From contig MQRK01242274.1 in assembly GCA_001938485.1 (NCBI GenBank), positions 15,611-74,310 on the forward strand: a stretch of DNA of 58,700 nt. The letters are read 5' to 3'. The notes beneath the pieces are model-generated. The model was not told the DNA's origin and did not search any database. It was given only the letters and a program-made list of their open reading frames with translations. The DNA comes from Girardia tigrina. Lineage: Eukaryota. Both the position numbers and the translations under genes were made by a program. Shown piece after piece: positions 38,479-53,400 of the stretch. How positions within the stretch are numbered: position 1 is the first letter of the stretch; each line of letters opens with the position of its first letter.

Positions 38479-41400
38479 ATAAAAAATCATATTCGATTGG
38501 ATATTTAAATCAATATTGTCGAACATAAATTAAAATATAAATTGAAGAAAATAATTTTCAAATTCTGTGCTATCGATTTCATGATTATTGAAAAACAGTA
38601 ACGTGTGAGGCCTTATCAATATGTTCAATGGATCCGAAAATTAATATTGAAGCTTTACACTCAACCTATACATTTTCCAATAGAACCTTAATGACATAAT
38701 TGATCACACAATTTTTTGTTATATGGACTACATAAGGAAGTGAAAAAAACAAAAAAACACAGGTATTCAGAGCGCCTTCCCTTGTTTGGAACACACATTT
38801 TCAGTCTGTCTTAAATAGATCCAAACGCATTTCTACAGTCTTACATGCATAGATTCTATTTGTTCAGACATCTCGCATCTCTTTTGGTCAAGAGACATCA
38901 TTGATGGAAGTAAACTTTATCTTTTAGTTTAGAGAAAACAATTGTAGGTCTTTAATTGGGTCGTCCTTCAATCAATCCTGAATTAAATGAAAATTTAGCG
39001 TTACTGCGTAACACTCTCTGTACATACAACGTATTATTTAATATTTTAACCTTAAAAACTAGTTCCAGGAATTGATTCATTTTAGTTGTCGTTTTCGTGA
39101 GCTAATAGTAGAAATACTGTCCTAGCTCAACGTGTTAATAAATGTGTAAATAAATCTTTATTATTCAAATCAAATTTATCTGTTATGTATAATGTCAAAT
39201 AATCGTTATTCTTGGAAAACTTTTTTCCCACAAATCGCACAAGTGATTTTTTAAATTAAAAACTAGGGCAACTGGTATAGGGAAATCAAAAAACGACTGG
39301 GAGTTTTACATGGTGTGATAACACGAATCAGAAAATTGTGAAAGTAAAAGAGAGTGGTAGCATGTAGGTTCTGAGGATGGTGGAGCTCCTTACTACTGAA
39401 GTTAGAAAGTCTAAGAATGTAATAAAGATAAAAATGGACGTTTCTTGATTGGGCCTCGTAAAGCCCAGATCTGAATCGAATTAGAATCAATTGCCTCTCA
39501 TTATAAAATGATCTCAAGAAATTATTATTTTCAAATTTAGATTTCTCTGAGAATATCTTGTTGATTACACTCAAACCTGCTTTAATGCAATTTTCTTGTG
39601 TGATACATAATTTTTGTGTACGAGATCGCGCAAAAAAGTCGTACAAATAAAAAAGCGCATAAAAGCAGGTCTTAGTGTAATTATTTTATTTTTTACTAAA
39701 ATGCACGAACTTTTATACTAACCAAAAACTTCTAACTGTAATACAGTTTTACACATTTTTATTCCCGTTTCATGTATATATACCAACAAAACATTTGAGC
39801 CTCAAAAGCTGCAAATCTGTATTTTCACGTTACGTTTTATATTTTTCTCCTGCTCTAACCGACATTCGGTTCTAAATGAACAAAACACTTGCTGCATACA
39901 CGTATGACATTCTCAAACTGCTCAACACAAATAAAACCGTAGCACACAAACTTCACTGACACAGTCAAATGGTTAACACAAGTCTTCACAAACTTATGAA
40001 TAATGCATCCAAAAGTGAGTCGACCGAAACCGATATTCAAATTAATATTTAAAATTTATTATTACATCTTTATTGAAAAGTGTTTTTTCTTTGCATTTTC
40101 TAATGCTTAAAACTTAATTCAGACAGATTTGGTTCTGCAAATATTTTTTCTAAAAGCACTCTGATTAATTTAATTTTTAATTCAAAATTATAATTCTTAA
40201 TTGAATAAAATTATCATAAAATAATTGAATCAGGGTCCGTTCATTGCTAAAGTAACAATGGCAGCTTATGAGTGCGGCAGCACTAATTTCCCTGAACCAC
40301 CATACCCAGATCAATTCATTTGTCCCGATGAAATAACTAAGAGCGAGATGAAGACACTGATTGTGGTGCGCAAGATTCTTCTCGAATCAATGCTGTGGGT
40401 TGGGATACTTTAATTATTGATCATTCGATCAATTATTCACAAATCGATCAATTATCGATCGGTGTTTAATTACAGGGTTTCGGAACTGCAGTTGGAGAAC
40501 TACCTCCATATTTTATGGCGCGTGCATCCGCTCTCAGTGGCTCCAATGATTCCCTGAGTACCGACACCGCCGAGTCCGCCTGGCACAAGCGTGCTCAAGA
40601 TGCCATGCGGACAATCGTAAAGCGGGTCGGATTTGTAGGCATTGTCTTGTGTGCATCTGTCCCTAACCCCCTATTCGACTTGGCCGGTATGACCTGCGGA
40701 CACTTCTTGGTGCCGTTTTCTACTTTCTTTGGTGCCACGGTGCTGGGAAAAGCAGTGAACAAGATGCTGCTTCAGATGGCGTTCGTTGTGCTCATATTCT
40801 CTCAGGACAAGGTTGCCTGGATACAGGCCAACATCCGGTGAGAGTCTTTGCGTCAATTCATTCATAATAGTAATAATAAAGTGCTAAAATTATCGAACAA
40901 ACTAAATTAAACTCAACATAGAAAAAATATTGATTGAAAAAAGACATTCGTTTTGAAATTAGTTTTTTAATCGGTTTTTAGAGATTTGTTGATTTATTTG
41001 TATTTACATTTGGAGTTTGTTTGTAAAATGCTTTATTGGACGAAGGAAAAATAGAGAAATACGTGGCGATGATCGATCAATGACCTCATTTACAAGTTCT
41101 TCGAAAAACAAGTTCTTCGAACGATAAATTCTTCGAATGCACTTTTTTTTCGAAAATATCTTCTTACAGAAATATTATTAAAAAATTAATATTTTTTGAA
41201 AAAATAATTATCGATATTGTTATAGTTACAAAATTAATTAATTAAAAATTGATAAAACGAAATCCGGATGATAATGTTCTTTTAAAAACAACACTCATCC
41301 ATTAAAAAATATATTTATTGACAATATAATTCGACGGATCTACCGTCATCTTCAGGTCACTAATTAATAATCAATTCACCTGTATATAAATACAAAAATG

Positions 41401-44400
41401 ATGATTATGTAATCGATTGCATGAAAGCACGCTAATCATAAATTCTAAATAAGCTGGTTGAGACTGCCGATTGAACATTGATTTTAGGGCAACGTGAAAT
41501 AATTATCAATGCTCCACTCGACACTCTCTCCCAATAACTGTCACAATGCTCACATAATTTTGAAATTATCAATATTAACATCACATTTACATTTTTTCCT
41601 ATGTTCTGCAATATTCCTCTTTCTCCCTTTTCGACCATGTTCTTGAATTCGTTTACAGAGTGACGGGCAGTCTCTCCAATGATTGTGGCATCGCACCCAT
41701 TACATTTATATTCATAAACAATATAAGAACACAGTGTTAAAGGTGTAGTAGATTTATTACTGAACATATTTTGAATTTTATGAGATCGTGATATAATTTT
41801 TAAATTTAATTCATTGTTAGTTGCTTTTAACAATGCAGTTTTAAAGTTTTTAAATCCTTCAGAATGAGGTACAATTAAACAATATTTAGGCATATTATTC
41901 ATATCTAATGATCCTTCGATTTCTTTCTTAGATCCATCAGGAGAAGCCAAACTCTGATTTTTCGAAAAATCTGTCAAAATTATTCCATCTGCTGTTTCGT
42001 TTTTTAATTTTTCTAGAAAAGATTCTGGATCTTTTGGTTGAAAGAAAATCTCTTAGTTACGAGACTGGAATTTATAGGAAGCAAACTGATACGGGGTTAT
42101 ATACTTCACCAGATAGTTTTTGTGAACTTAAGAATAAAAGAAACATGATTAAAGGTTTAATTTATCGCTCCTGGTCGTTGCCTTCCATTTTTGTTAAATC
42201 TGTAGAAAGTCTTAATAAACTAAGTTCGTTGTTAAATCAGAGTGGTTATTCTAAATCTTTTCTGGAAAAATTAATAAAGGAAACAGTAGATAAAATACTT
42301 TTGAAAGATTTTTCGAAAAATCAGAGTTTGGCTTCTCCTGATGGATCTAAGAAAGAAATCATAGGATCATTAGATATGAATAATATGCCTAAATATTGTT
42401 TAGTTGTACCTTATTCTGAAGGATTTAAAAACTTTAAAAATGCATTGTTAAAAGCAACTAACGATGAATTAAATTTAAAAATTGTATCACGATCTCATAA
42501 AATTCAAAATATGTTCAGTAATAAATCGATTACACCTTTAACACTGTGTTCTTATATTGTTTATGAATATAAATGTAATGGGTGCGATGCCACAATCATT
42601 GGAGAGACTGCCCGTCACTCTGTAAAAGAATTCAAGAACATGGTCGAAAAGAGAGTAACAGTAATATAGCAGAACACAGGAATGAATGTAAATGTGATGT
42701 TAATTTTGATAATTTCAAAATTATGTGAGCATTGTGACAGTTATTGGGAGAGAGTGTCATGTGGAGCATTGTTAATTAGGTCACGTTGCCCTAAAATCAA
42801 TGTTTCGCGTGTAGACTTGACGTTACAGGAGGATTTCCTAAATTTCTACAGCACGTTTTAATTCATCAAATCGTTTACAAACATTTTATTTATCTCTCAT
42901 TTATTTATTTACGTTTTGCACAATTTTTAACTTTGTCAATCACTCGTAATTTACAACTCGTAAATTGTTACACAAATTGACAATAGAAAATTTAAAAATT
43001 TTTTTATCACTTTAAAAATCTATATTCTATAATAATCAGTGTATGAAGCATTATATGTCAATGAAAGATCCATCGTTCTTTCTGCGCTCCTTCTAAGATT
43101 CGACTAAGCTTGATTTGCAAAGATATCTCGTTGATTATTCTCAAGGTATCGGAGGGACAAAAAATTCATTGGAAAATTAAAATCGTCACATCTTTCTGGA
43201 TCTGCTTGTACCGGGAATCGTTAGTCATACGACTTTATCTTCGATTCTGAGATGTTGAAAGATGATGGTGTTTCATCCACGATTATAGTACTCTTGAGGA
43301 ACTAGGCGCCCAGTATTCCTCCTCAATCCCGATGATGATTCGGTGTTCTTCCCTCTCCATTTAGATACACTCTTTGCAACATAATTTAACATTGCTTAAC
43401 TCAAATTGGAAATGGAACCGACCGATAGGAATCAATGCCACTTGTGGAACCATGTCCCAATGACTTGTTGATTAATATTCGAGGGCCTTATGTACTAACG
43501 AAAACTTTGGAAAAATTCAAAAAGAATATTTTAAGAAATAATTTTTTCGTAGACTTTCTTTATGAAGAGAGAAATTTTAATCAATAATTATTTGGCAATG
43601 AAAAAAATAAACTATTAACCATAAACTATATTAGTGTTTGTGCTATTATGAATGAGAGATACGTATCTGATTGGTAAATCTCATTGACCTTTGACCGGTC
43701 ACGAATGAAATGGAACCACCGCTTCATAACAGCGATACTGACCGATGACCTGTGCTGAGTCTAGGGGTTGGATACGTTCTCTATTGACGTTCTTACTACA
43801 CTAGTGGTTTTCGTCAAGCTAATTCCATAACATTATCGCTGTTTTTATTTACCCTAACAATCGCTTCTCGGAAATGGAGTCATTTTTATTCCTATAGAAA
43901 TTGATCATTTTAATTCTAAAAATAATTTTCATTTAGGTGAATAAATTTGAATACAATTGGAAAATTATCAAACAAAAAATTTCTAAGCCAATCAAAATTT
44001 ATTAATTTCGACGATTTAACCGTCATGGCCTGAACTAATGATTTTTCAAACGAAATTTACTTATATAATGCAGTTAATGATTACGCAATCAACACGTATC
44101 AGTACATCATTTAAATATTCCCAACAAAGTTGTAGAGAATCCAGATTGAACGTTAATTTTAGGATCCAAAGACCTTATGTATAACGCTTCATATGCCACT
44201 CTCTCCCAAAAAATTTTTAAATTCAGTACAAAGATGTTACTTCCACCTTGGAGAGACTTGAGACTCATCTCTTTAAGAGAATCCAGGAACACAGTCGCAA
44301 TGAAGGTGGAAGTAACATTGCAGGACATAGAAGACATTGTAAAGGAGATATAAATTCAGAACACCTTAAAATTCTGTGCACTCAATTTAAAAATTATCGG

Positions 44401-47400
44401 GAGAGAGAAACTCGTGTGAAGCGTAATATATAAGATTTTTGGATCCTAAAATTAACGTTCAAACTGCATTCTTTACAACTTTGTTTGGATTTTGTAAAGG
44501 ATGTAAAGCTGGCTTATTGATTGCACAATCAGTAACTGCACTATATAAGTAAATTCCGTTTAAAAAATCATTTGTTCTTACGATGACGGTTAAACCGTCG
44601 AAATTAATAAATTTTGATTGGCTTGGAAAATTTTTGATTAATTTTCATTTAATTATTTCTTAATGATTCTATCTTTTTATCGATTATATTTATCAATATC
44701 TTCACAGACCTGCCATAACTATACATATAGTTAACAAATTTTGAACAAAGAGAAAATTGTGTTATATTTTCGTGTAATGTTGCACTCTTCTGTGCAGTGA
44801 TTTTCTGTCTCATTTATTCTCGAAAATGTGTCCGATATAAAATTTCCTTTAAACTACAGTCAAAAATTAGAATTTGTGATCTTTATTAAAACGCAACAAA
44901 TACATCTGATAAACTTTACCATATCACAACGTATTGTCAATATCATTCAAATTTGCTTCAAGATATCAAAAGCTTTCGAATTTTAAGCGTGCTATGATTG
45001 TGGGGGCCTATCGGTTTCGCAACTTTTTCAGAGAAATTGGTGTTCGTTTTACTTTATTATCGGAGCTTTTCGGCGTGTTACAGTAGATTATCGTTACGGA
45101 ATGTTTTTAGTAATGAAGAGAAGCGAACAGGAAATGAAAACAATCCAAAAGTCAGACCGAGTTTATTGAGAGATGTTATGAGAAATTCAGATAAATGTTT
45201 CCCATTTTTACTGGCATTGGCATCAGCATGCCTACAAAAGAAGACTTTACGAAGTAACTATATTTGCAGTTTTTTAAATTCAGTCCGAAATTTTGAAATC
45301 CGTGTACAATGGTGCGGGCAAGGAATTATTATAGAACCTGATTATTGAAATTTATTAGCACTTTCCGATGGTACGCAAATTGCAGTTCAATGCAACCGAA
45401 TTCTTTTATGTTCCACATGTATCATGGATTACGCAAAGCCCTGGTCTTAACCCTTTAAAGAACTTTTGGAGATATCTGAAACTGGACATTAATCATAAAT
45501 TTTTATCTGAAAACTATTTTGTTCTAACTTTTTAGTGTGGTTTACTGGTAGCATTCAATGAGGGTGGAATCATGTAGATCGCAATCCAGTACATTTTGAG
45601 CGTTTCAATTCCAACAGTTTTTGAATGAATTCATAACATCATGCCTTTTGGATGGGTTATCAACAAGATTTTATTAGGGTGCCCATAAGTGATCAATTAT
45701 TTTTAGGATGGAATATTTGTTTCAGTCTAGCTCAGAACGTGAATGCATACAGACGCGTTTTATTGCACAGTGCAAAATCTGTGACCTTAAATTTAGTGAC
45801 GCAAATAAATTTAAACGTTTTATTACTCTGGTGTAAACTGACTGTCGATCAAAGAACTGAAGAAAATTTACGTCTTTCAAAAGGATTAAGAAAGGGCGCG
45901 CAAGACTCAGAAAAATCGCTCCGGTAGTTAAGAGTAATCTGCTACCAATCCGAAGTATGAAAGCTATCATTGAAAGCTGCATCTTTCGCATGGTGTACTA
46001 TGGTTTAGAAAACTGGCGAACTAACGAAGCTCTGATAAAGAAATTAGAAGCATTACACAATATGTGCACGAGAACAGCACTATACATCGACAAAAGAGAG
46101 AAAGTTAGGATGGAGACAATTAGTATTGGATTTAGTCACCCAATGGTCATCGTTGCCAGAAGAGGCTCCTGTTCCACGTTCCTCGGGCAACCGGAGAAGG
46201 TCAGGAATACGTACAAAGAATACTCTGAGGTACAATAGAGAGCGACTCAAAGATCGGAGGACGGAAAAAGCAAAAACTATCGGAATGTCGATGTGAAATG
46301 ACTGTTTGTAGAAACAGCCAGTCTCGACAGTGTTATTACTCTGCTGCAGAGTGGTGCTCAACTCCGAATGCGAGACAGACTCGATTTTCTAATTCGCAAT
46401 GCGAACACAGCAGGAAAGAAGACCGCAGACTTGCCAAAGCTAATCAATCCAAGTATGAATACAGTTCGTTGCCATCTCGAGAAATGTAACAAAGGATTTG
46501 CAGAGCAAAAAGGACTGAATCGTCATATTCGTGAGGATCACCAGAAAATTATACCGGACGCAGAAAATAAAGCTACTCCACTCAGGAGAGGTTAATAAGG
46601 CATTATCGAATGATCATTCATCAGCAAACATTCTAGAAGAAACAGTTACCAAGACTCAACAGAAACGTTGCAAACCACAGAAAGAAAGCAGCATCAGAGA
46701 AAATGAAGACTTACCAACAAGTACCAGCACATTTCAGGTACCAACCGTCGGTGCGAGCACATCAACTGTTCCCCAAGAAGCGATCTCCTCAGAAGTACTG
46801 AGTTTACGTCCCATAATATTAAGTGCCTTAATACTGACTTTACAGCTTCAAAGAATACTGTATTAGACACATTTACACGAATAAATATGATTCATAATAG
46901 TGCAATTCTAAATCCAAATGTAACGCAATTTTCAAGTTCAAAATTTGTTGACTATATCCATAGTTGCGGTATGTCGGTGTTTTGTCATTAATTATTATTA
47001 TTATTATTACTACTATTTATTAATGATTAATTAATTCTTCATTCGTCCAATCAATTATCGTCTTTTCGATGACTCGTCAAGGATTTATTTCTTGGGTCTG
47101 GACCTTGTTCCTCAGTCCATTGCAACAAGCTCTCATTATACCAATCCTCCGTCCGTACATCTTTCACTTACAAAATTAAATTCAATTAAAAAAATTCTTC
47201 CACTTTAACCGATAAGAAATAACGTAAAATGGATTTCACTTGAAAGTGCGATTTCTATCAATTACTGATAATTCTTTGTTCTTCGTGTAAAGTCTTGGAA
47301 ATATTTTTGTGGAGATTGTTAACGTTTCAGGCCAGTAAAGCTTCATTCTTCATGGAACAATAAATATTTGCTCGAGAGTAAATTATTTCACGATTACACA

Positions 47401-50400
47401 AAGAACAAGGAACTCTCTCTGCGTACATCCTCCATTTATTCACCATTTGAACGATGCAACGATAACAGCAAATACTTATGAACATTTTTAGCTACAGTTC
47501 TTCCTTGACTTTTTGCTGTTAAATGTCTTGGGGCATGTTTAGTGAATTTCATTACTTAATTCGGCTTAACGCGTGTTTATTATTTCTGGAAGAAAATGTA
47601 AGTAAAAGTAGTTTTAAAATAAAGAAAAAAGATCTATTGATTTTTCCAACGGTTTTTTGTCCTAATCGAGCACAGAGGATTTCCTGTCGATCTGCAATAA
47701 TTAGTGGTTATTTGCGTAGACTTATAAAGTCGGCTTTTGTAGAATATAGTCAGAGGAAGACCGATTTTCAGGACCGCCAGATATTGATCTTATGAGACCG
47801 ATTGAGAACAATTTTTCGATCTTCAGCATTAAAAATATTACGGAAAGAACCTTTTTGGATTTACGGTGAACAATTTCTGACAAATCAAATCCTGCAATGT
47901 TTGCCAATTGTTTGAGAGTAAGTACCAGCGACTTTCAAGAAAGAAGTTGTAGTAACTCTGTTTTGGAGTAGACTAAATATAGTCGCTCCATTTTACTTTA
48001 TGGAGAAGTTCAACAGTGGTCGCAGTGAGAAATGGAAACAAGAGCGATTGTTTTATCTGTAAGAATCCCTTGATGACATCAATAACAAGAGTGAGCATCA
48101 TTTACTGCATTAGGGCGTACAAATAAGCGCTAGATAAGATGGCTTGAGATTTGTCGATAACTGATCTGATCAAATTTAACGAAGTAAATGTCCTTTAACG
48201 GAGAATGAATTTCTGATGCCAGATCGTTGCAAGAATCACACTTGGAATCATCCAAGCCAGTCATTGTTATTAAAACTTTGTAAAGACAGACCCCATTCAT
48301 TTCAAGGAGGAACTTTCAAGGCATCTAGTAAATTATGGTTCACATTATGAGCATCCGTAATATTGATCCGGTATCCCATCTAAGTAGCTGCAATGTTTAC
48401 TAAAATTATTTACTTGCCATCATCAGGTTATACTTTTCTCTTTCGTCGAACATTGTGCAAAGGAAATCAAAAAGGAACATGTGATAAATTACTGTTTTAA
48501 TTGTAGTTAATTGTCGAATAGAATTCATTATCTCATCCATTCCATTTTGGCACTAATCTTTATTTATCTCCATTTTCTATCTGCGTGCACTCGCGTGTAA
48601 ATCGAAACATTAATAACCTATTAATTCTTATTTCATTTCATCGAAACGTGGCGGTTTATCTTCTGGTTTAGCGTTTCCGGACCAGGTTCTAGTTGCATGA
48701 AGGATCTTCCGTATCGACTTACGCGCGGCTCATAGCGAATTTCTTGATTTTCTCATAGAAAATCGAATGTTTAATAATAAATTCATCAGAAAGATCCTCT
48801 CAGTGTAATTGGTATGATCTTATTCCCTGTCATCGTCGACTGTGATTCAATGGTACTCCTTCCGCTGCCGGAGATAGTTCAAGTACTCAGTAAATATCAT
48901 TTATAAAAATCCAGATTCCCAGTATGTATAAAAATATCATAACCCGAAAAAATAATTTATATTAACTTGTAGTAGAATCGCGAGGAACATCATTGATGAT
49001 CCATACAGTCGGTTAAGAAATGTTTCCATTAATTTGCCTGGTGAAATAATCTGTTAACTAGCATTGTTATTCGTGGTTCTCTATGACAAAGTCGACATTA
49101 TTTCCTTGACTCCCGACTCTGTTTATCCTAGGAATCGTTCTCTTCGTTGAAAGTTAAATTTCTTAGGAATTTTCGCATCCCAGATGTTTTGATTATTAAT
49201 TTTATACTTTTTTATTTTTATTGCAGGCCAAAGGCAGTGTACCGGTTTTGTATAGTTCACAATTTGTAACTCAAACACTTTAACTTATTCATATTAATAT
49301 GCACTTAAAAAACTTAGGGCTACTAAAGATCGTTCTACGAGGGGCGTTCCGAAAGTAAGTGGAAAAAGGGAGACGACACCACAAGAAAGTATTTATTGAA
49401 GGAATACAGTGTCATTAATTCATCCCCGCCAACTCGCGAATGGTAAGGCAGCGATTTGCATTGATGGTCTCCGACACTTTTCCCACATTTTCTACCGCGC
49501 TCGTCGTCCAAGGATTCACGTACATTTCCAATTGATGCACCCAATTGTATACGGCAGACTTTTGCAGGGCTCTTCCTTGAAACACATTTGATAAGCGGCG
49601 CACAATGTCAGACACTGGAGTATCCTCTTTCCAAAGGAAAAAGATGATGGCACGCTGAGAACGTACTGCGTCTTCCATGTGTTAANCAAAAATGAAAACA
49701 CTGCCTATGACAGTTTCCTCTATGCTGCTCACATGTTGCATGGACCAATGCCACTTTTGCTCGATTTCTATTGGCTGGTAAGTACATCACGCCATCTGTC
49801 CGTCTGTAAGATGCACACACACACGCACACCCGCATTTCGGAACGCCCCTCGTATAATTTTTTTCCGGGGGAATTTATCCCTTCTAATCCCCTCTGTGTA
49901 CGCGCCTGATTGGAACCGTTAATTTTTTGAAAGAAACGTTGTAGGGTTTATAATTTCACGTTGCGATTTCTATCAATTACTGACCATTCTTCGCTCTTCG
50001 TGTAAAGTCTTGGAAATATTTTTTGTGGAAGTCGTTAACGTTTCAATGTAGTAAAGCTTCATTTATAGCTAGGAATTATTACTGATTGATGAAAATCGCA
50101 ATTTCAAATGAATAATTCTTAATTCTTTTGATTATATAATCAATAATACGACAGTAAGTTCAGTTCGGACGTTATTTCTAGAAATGTTTCATTTCTTGAA
50201 TGTCTTTTGTGCCAATATCAATAACGGATATTATCAAATTGTGTGACCTAATCAATTAGTGTGACATAATAAAACAAATTTATTTGATAATATCCGTTAC
50301 TTTTAATTTAAGGTATCACAACAAAACACCGCGGACAAAAGCGTCAAATTTAATAATTAAATGAATATTATTAATTGAAAAATTTTCAAAAATGGCTCAA

Positions 50401-53400
50401 ATTAATCTATAAATCATCTGAAAATGTCTGCAAGTCGCCAAAAAAATATCAATGCATATTTGTGGGGAAAAACTAAATGATAGAAAATTTAAATTGAGCC
50501 CAGTCCGTTTTGTACATAGAATGTCGATATATTGTTTAGAAGAAAATATTTTTAAATAATAAAAAATCACATAAAAATATAATTTTATTCTCTGATTGGA
50601 ATTAGTTTTATAATAATATTGAATAAAACATTGTCTTTATTTTTATTTTTTTTAATGTTAAATAAATTAATAGTAAAATTTAGAAAAAAATAGTAAAAAA
50701 TTAAATAAATATCAAAAATATTTTTCAATATTATTATGAAAATAATTCCAAAACAGAGAATAAAATAATATTTTTTTATTATTTATAAATATTTTCTTAA
50801 AAACAAAATATTAACATTGCATCTACAAAACGGATTGGGCTTCATTTAAATGTTCTATAATTTATTTTTTCACCAAAAAGATGCATTGAAATTTTTCGCG
50901 ACTTCCAGACATTTTCAGCTTAATTATAGGTTAATTTAAACCCTTTTTGAAAAATTTTCAATTAATAATATTCATTTTACTAATATTAATTGAAAATTTT
51001 TCAAAAATGGGCTTACATTAACCTACCTTGATCTTGGATTCTTTTACATAGGTGAGGTGTTAGAAACATTAGGTTAAGAAGCAGAAAGAGAAAGCAAATC
51101 ACGCTATGGTATTGGATTGTTTCCAGTTTCTAAGGACTGAGTGCGAAAAATATTACTAACCTTAAATCTCTATAACTCGAACATACATTCACAAATTACA
51201 AAATACTAATCAAGTGGGCTGTTGTTTGAATAAATGAAAATAAAATTCATTTTAGCATTCATTCTTCATGAATATGTCGTCAGAAACAGGAAGTCGCGAA
51301 TTAATAATTCGTTTATTTCAAGAAAGTCCACAATCAAGTCAGTTTCTAACGTTATTACAAACTTCAATGAGAACTTGAGCGTTTTCAAAAAAAATGGTTC
51401 GGGAAGAAGAAAGGGCTTTCGTGTACACAGAACGTGAAGAAAGTAAAGGCTCTGTTAGAGAGAAATCCTCGTCTATTAAATCGAAAACTAAATATCAAAA
51501 GGCCAATTGTAAGGAGAAAACATTTCGGAAAACTAAACAGTCTATAGGTTTAAAAACGTATAAAGTTCAAACAGTACCAGACCGGAACGCTAACAAGACT
51601 TGTGTGCTCTGCGAGTTTTCCCAGCTACCCGGACAAGAATTTTACTCTGCAACTAAGAGAGGAGTTGAAGACAAATTGAGAAGCAAGAAAAAATCTAAGT
51701 TTTCAAAAAAATTTCTTGTTTTGCAGTCTATATTTGGATGCGGGAAAAAGAGTAAATGCTTTGTCACATCTGGCACAATAAACACAGAATTCTATGTGAA
51801 GGAGTGCTTGCAAAAGCGTTTCTTACCATTCATAAGTCAGCCCGGAGGTCTTACTTTCTTTTGATCGGATATGCCATCGTGCTACTATGGTAAGGCAGCC
51901 AAGAAGTGGTGCGAAGACAACGTCGATTTGGTGCAAAGAAAGGCAAACGCTCCAAAGATATTGGGCTCTGGTAAAAATGCAATTAAAGACGACAAACAAA
52001 ATGGCACAGACAATTGCAGATTTTCAGAACAAGTGGAATGATGCGGCCAAAAACGTGACAGGAACTACATTTGGCAAGCTAATAGCAGGCATTCCAGAAA
52101 AGCTCGTAGAATTTATTAAAAAAAAGAAATAATCTTTCTTAGCTTACTACAGTGCGTTCCAAGAGTCTGTTCGCATCCATAAAAATCATCACTTATACAA
52201 ATTTCCTAAGTAAAAAGACGATGAAGTGGAAGTAAATATTATATTTACAAATAAAAATGTTATTTTTAATATTTTATGTGGTATCCTTTCATCTTGATTA
52301 TTGAAGACACCCTTCGCGGCATCGAATAGACAAGTCGACGACATAAAGAACTTGGTATGTTGTACCATAACTTTTGTATTTCTGTCCACATTTTCTCTGA
52401 ATTCAAAGTATCCATATTATTTATTTTTCTCTTTATAATACCCCACAAATTCTCAATTGGGTTTACATCTGGTGAGTTGGCAGGCCAATCAAGAATATTT
52501 ATCTTCTTTGTTTTCAAAAAAGACACTGATGATGCTGATCGATGGCAAGGCGCATTGTCTTGCTGAAATATAAAATTTGGAAGAGGGAATACCAAGCATT
52601 GCCCTGTAATCTCTATGTTATTGACATTTAGGTCTTGATAGTTCTTCCAATTTAAATTTCCGTTTATCCGTTTGAAGATACCAACACCAAATCTGGAGAA
52701 AGATCCCCATACACGAACTTTAGCACCGTGTTGGAGGACCTTCTTAGTACAAATGTGACTAAGCCTTTCATTGTCAAACCTTCTAACGATTTCGCTACGA
52801 GTGTGACTATATGTACGGAACATAGATTCATCGCTAAAAACTACATTCGACCACTTATCGATGTCCCAATTTTGTTTATCCCGAGCCCATTCAACTCTTC
52901 TTTTTCGTTGCTTTCCATTCAATAAAGGCTCGTAAACAGCATAATGACTTTTTAAGCCGTACTTTATCAAAATTCTATTTACTGCACTTCGTGATTCATG
53001 TATCATTCCAGCTGCATTGAAAGCTCCTGTTATTTTACTTATCGACATGCTCCTATTTTTCATGCATATACGGCGAATAATTCTTTCAGAACGTTTTGGT
53101 AATTTTGAAGGTCGTCCACTACGTTTTTCATCTTCATTTGTACCTACTGTCTTGAACTTAGGTACAATTTTTTGAATGCCCCGCTTTGAAACAATAATAC
53201 CATGTCTAACCTTCATAATTTCTTGTATCCGACCAGTTGAATGACCCTCGTTCATTAATTCTACAATAATAATCCTAAACCTTATATCTATATTTCGAGT
53301 TGTCATTGAATCTAAAAGACATTTAATTAATTCATTTTAAACAAAGATGGTCTTGATATTTAATATTACTTCTGGAACGCACTGTAATGTAATTTTGAAT

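Noticed and set aside
43660-43765. Possible intronic C/D snoRNA or promoter (CTGA boxes, TGACCTTTGACC, CCAAT)
   Set aside because: No canonical C box or recognisable guide sequence; the motifs could occur by chance.
44998-45348. ORF containing [12 protein letters not shown], superficially like the VMP1 last exon
   Set aside because: The true terminal exons are at 53626-53970 with correct phase and better similarity.
1650-48900. Alternative genetic code to explain the many in-frame stops
   Set aside because: VMP1 and the Tc1 transposase translate cleanly in the standard code; the stops are of all three types and come with frameshifts, indicating decay.
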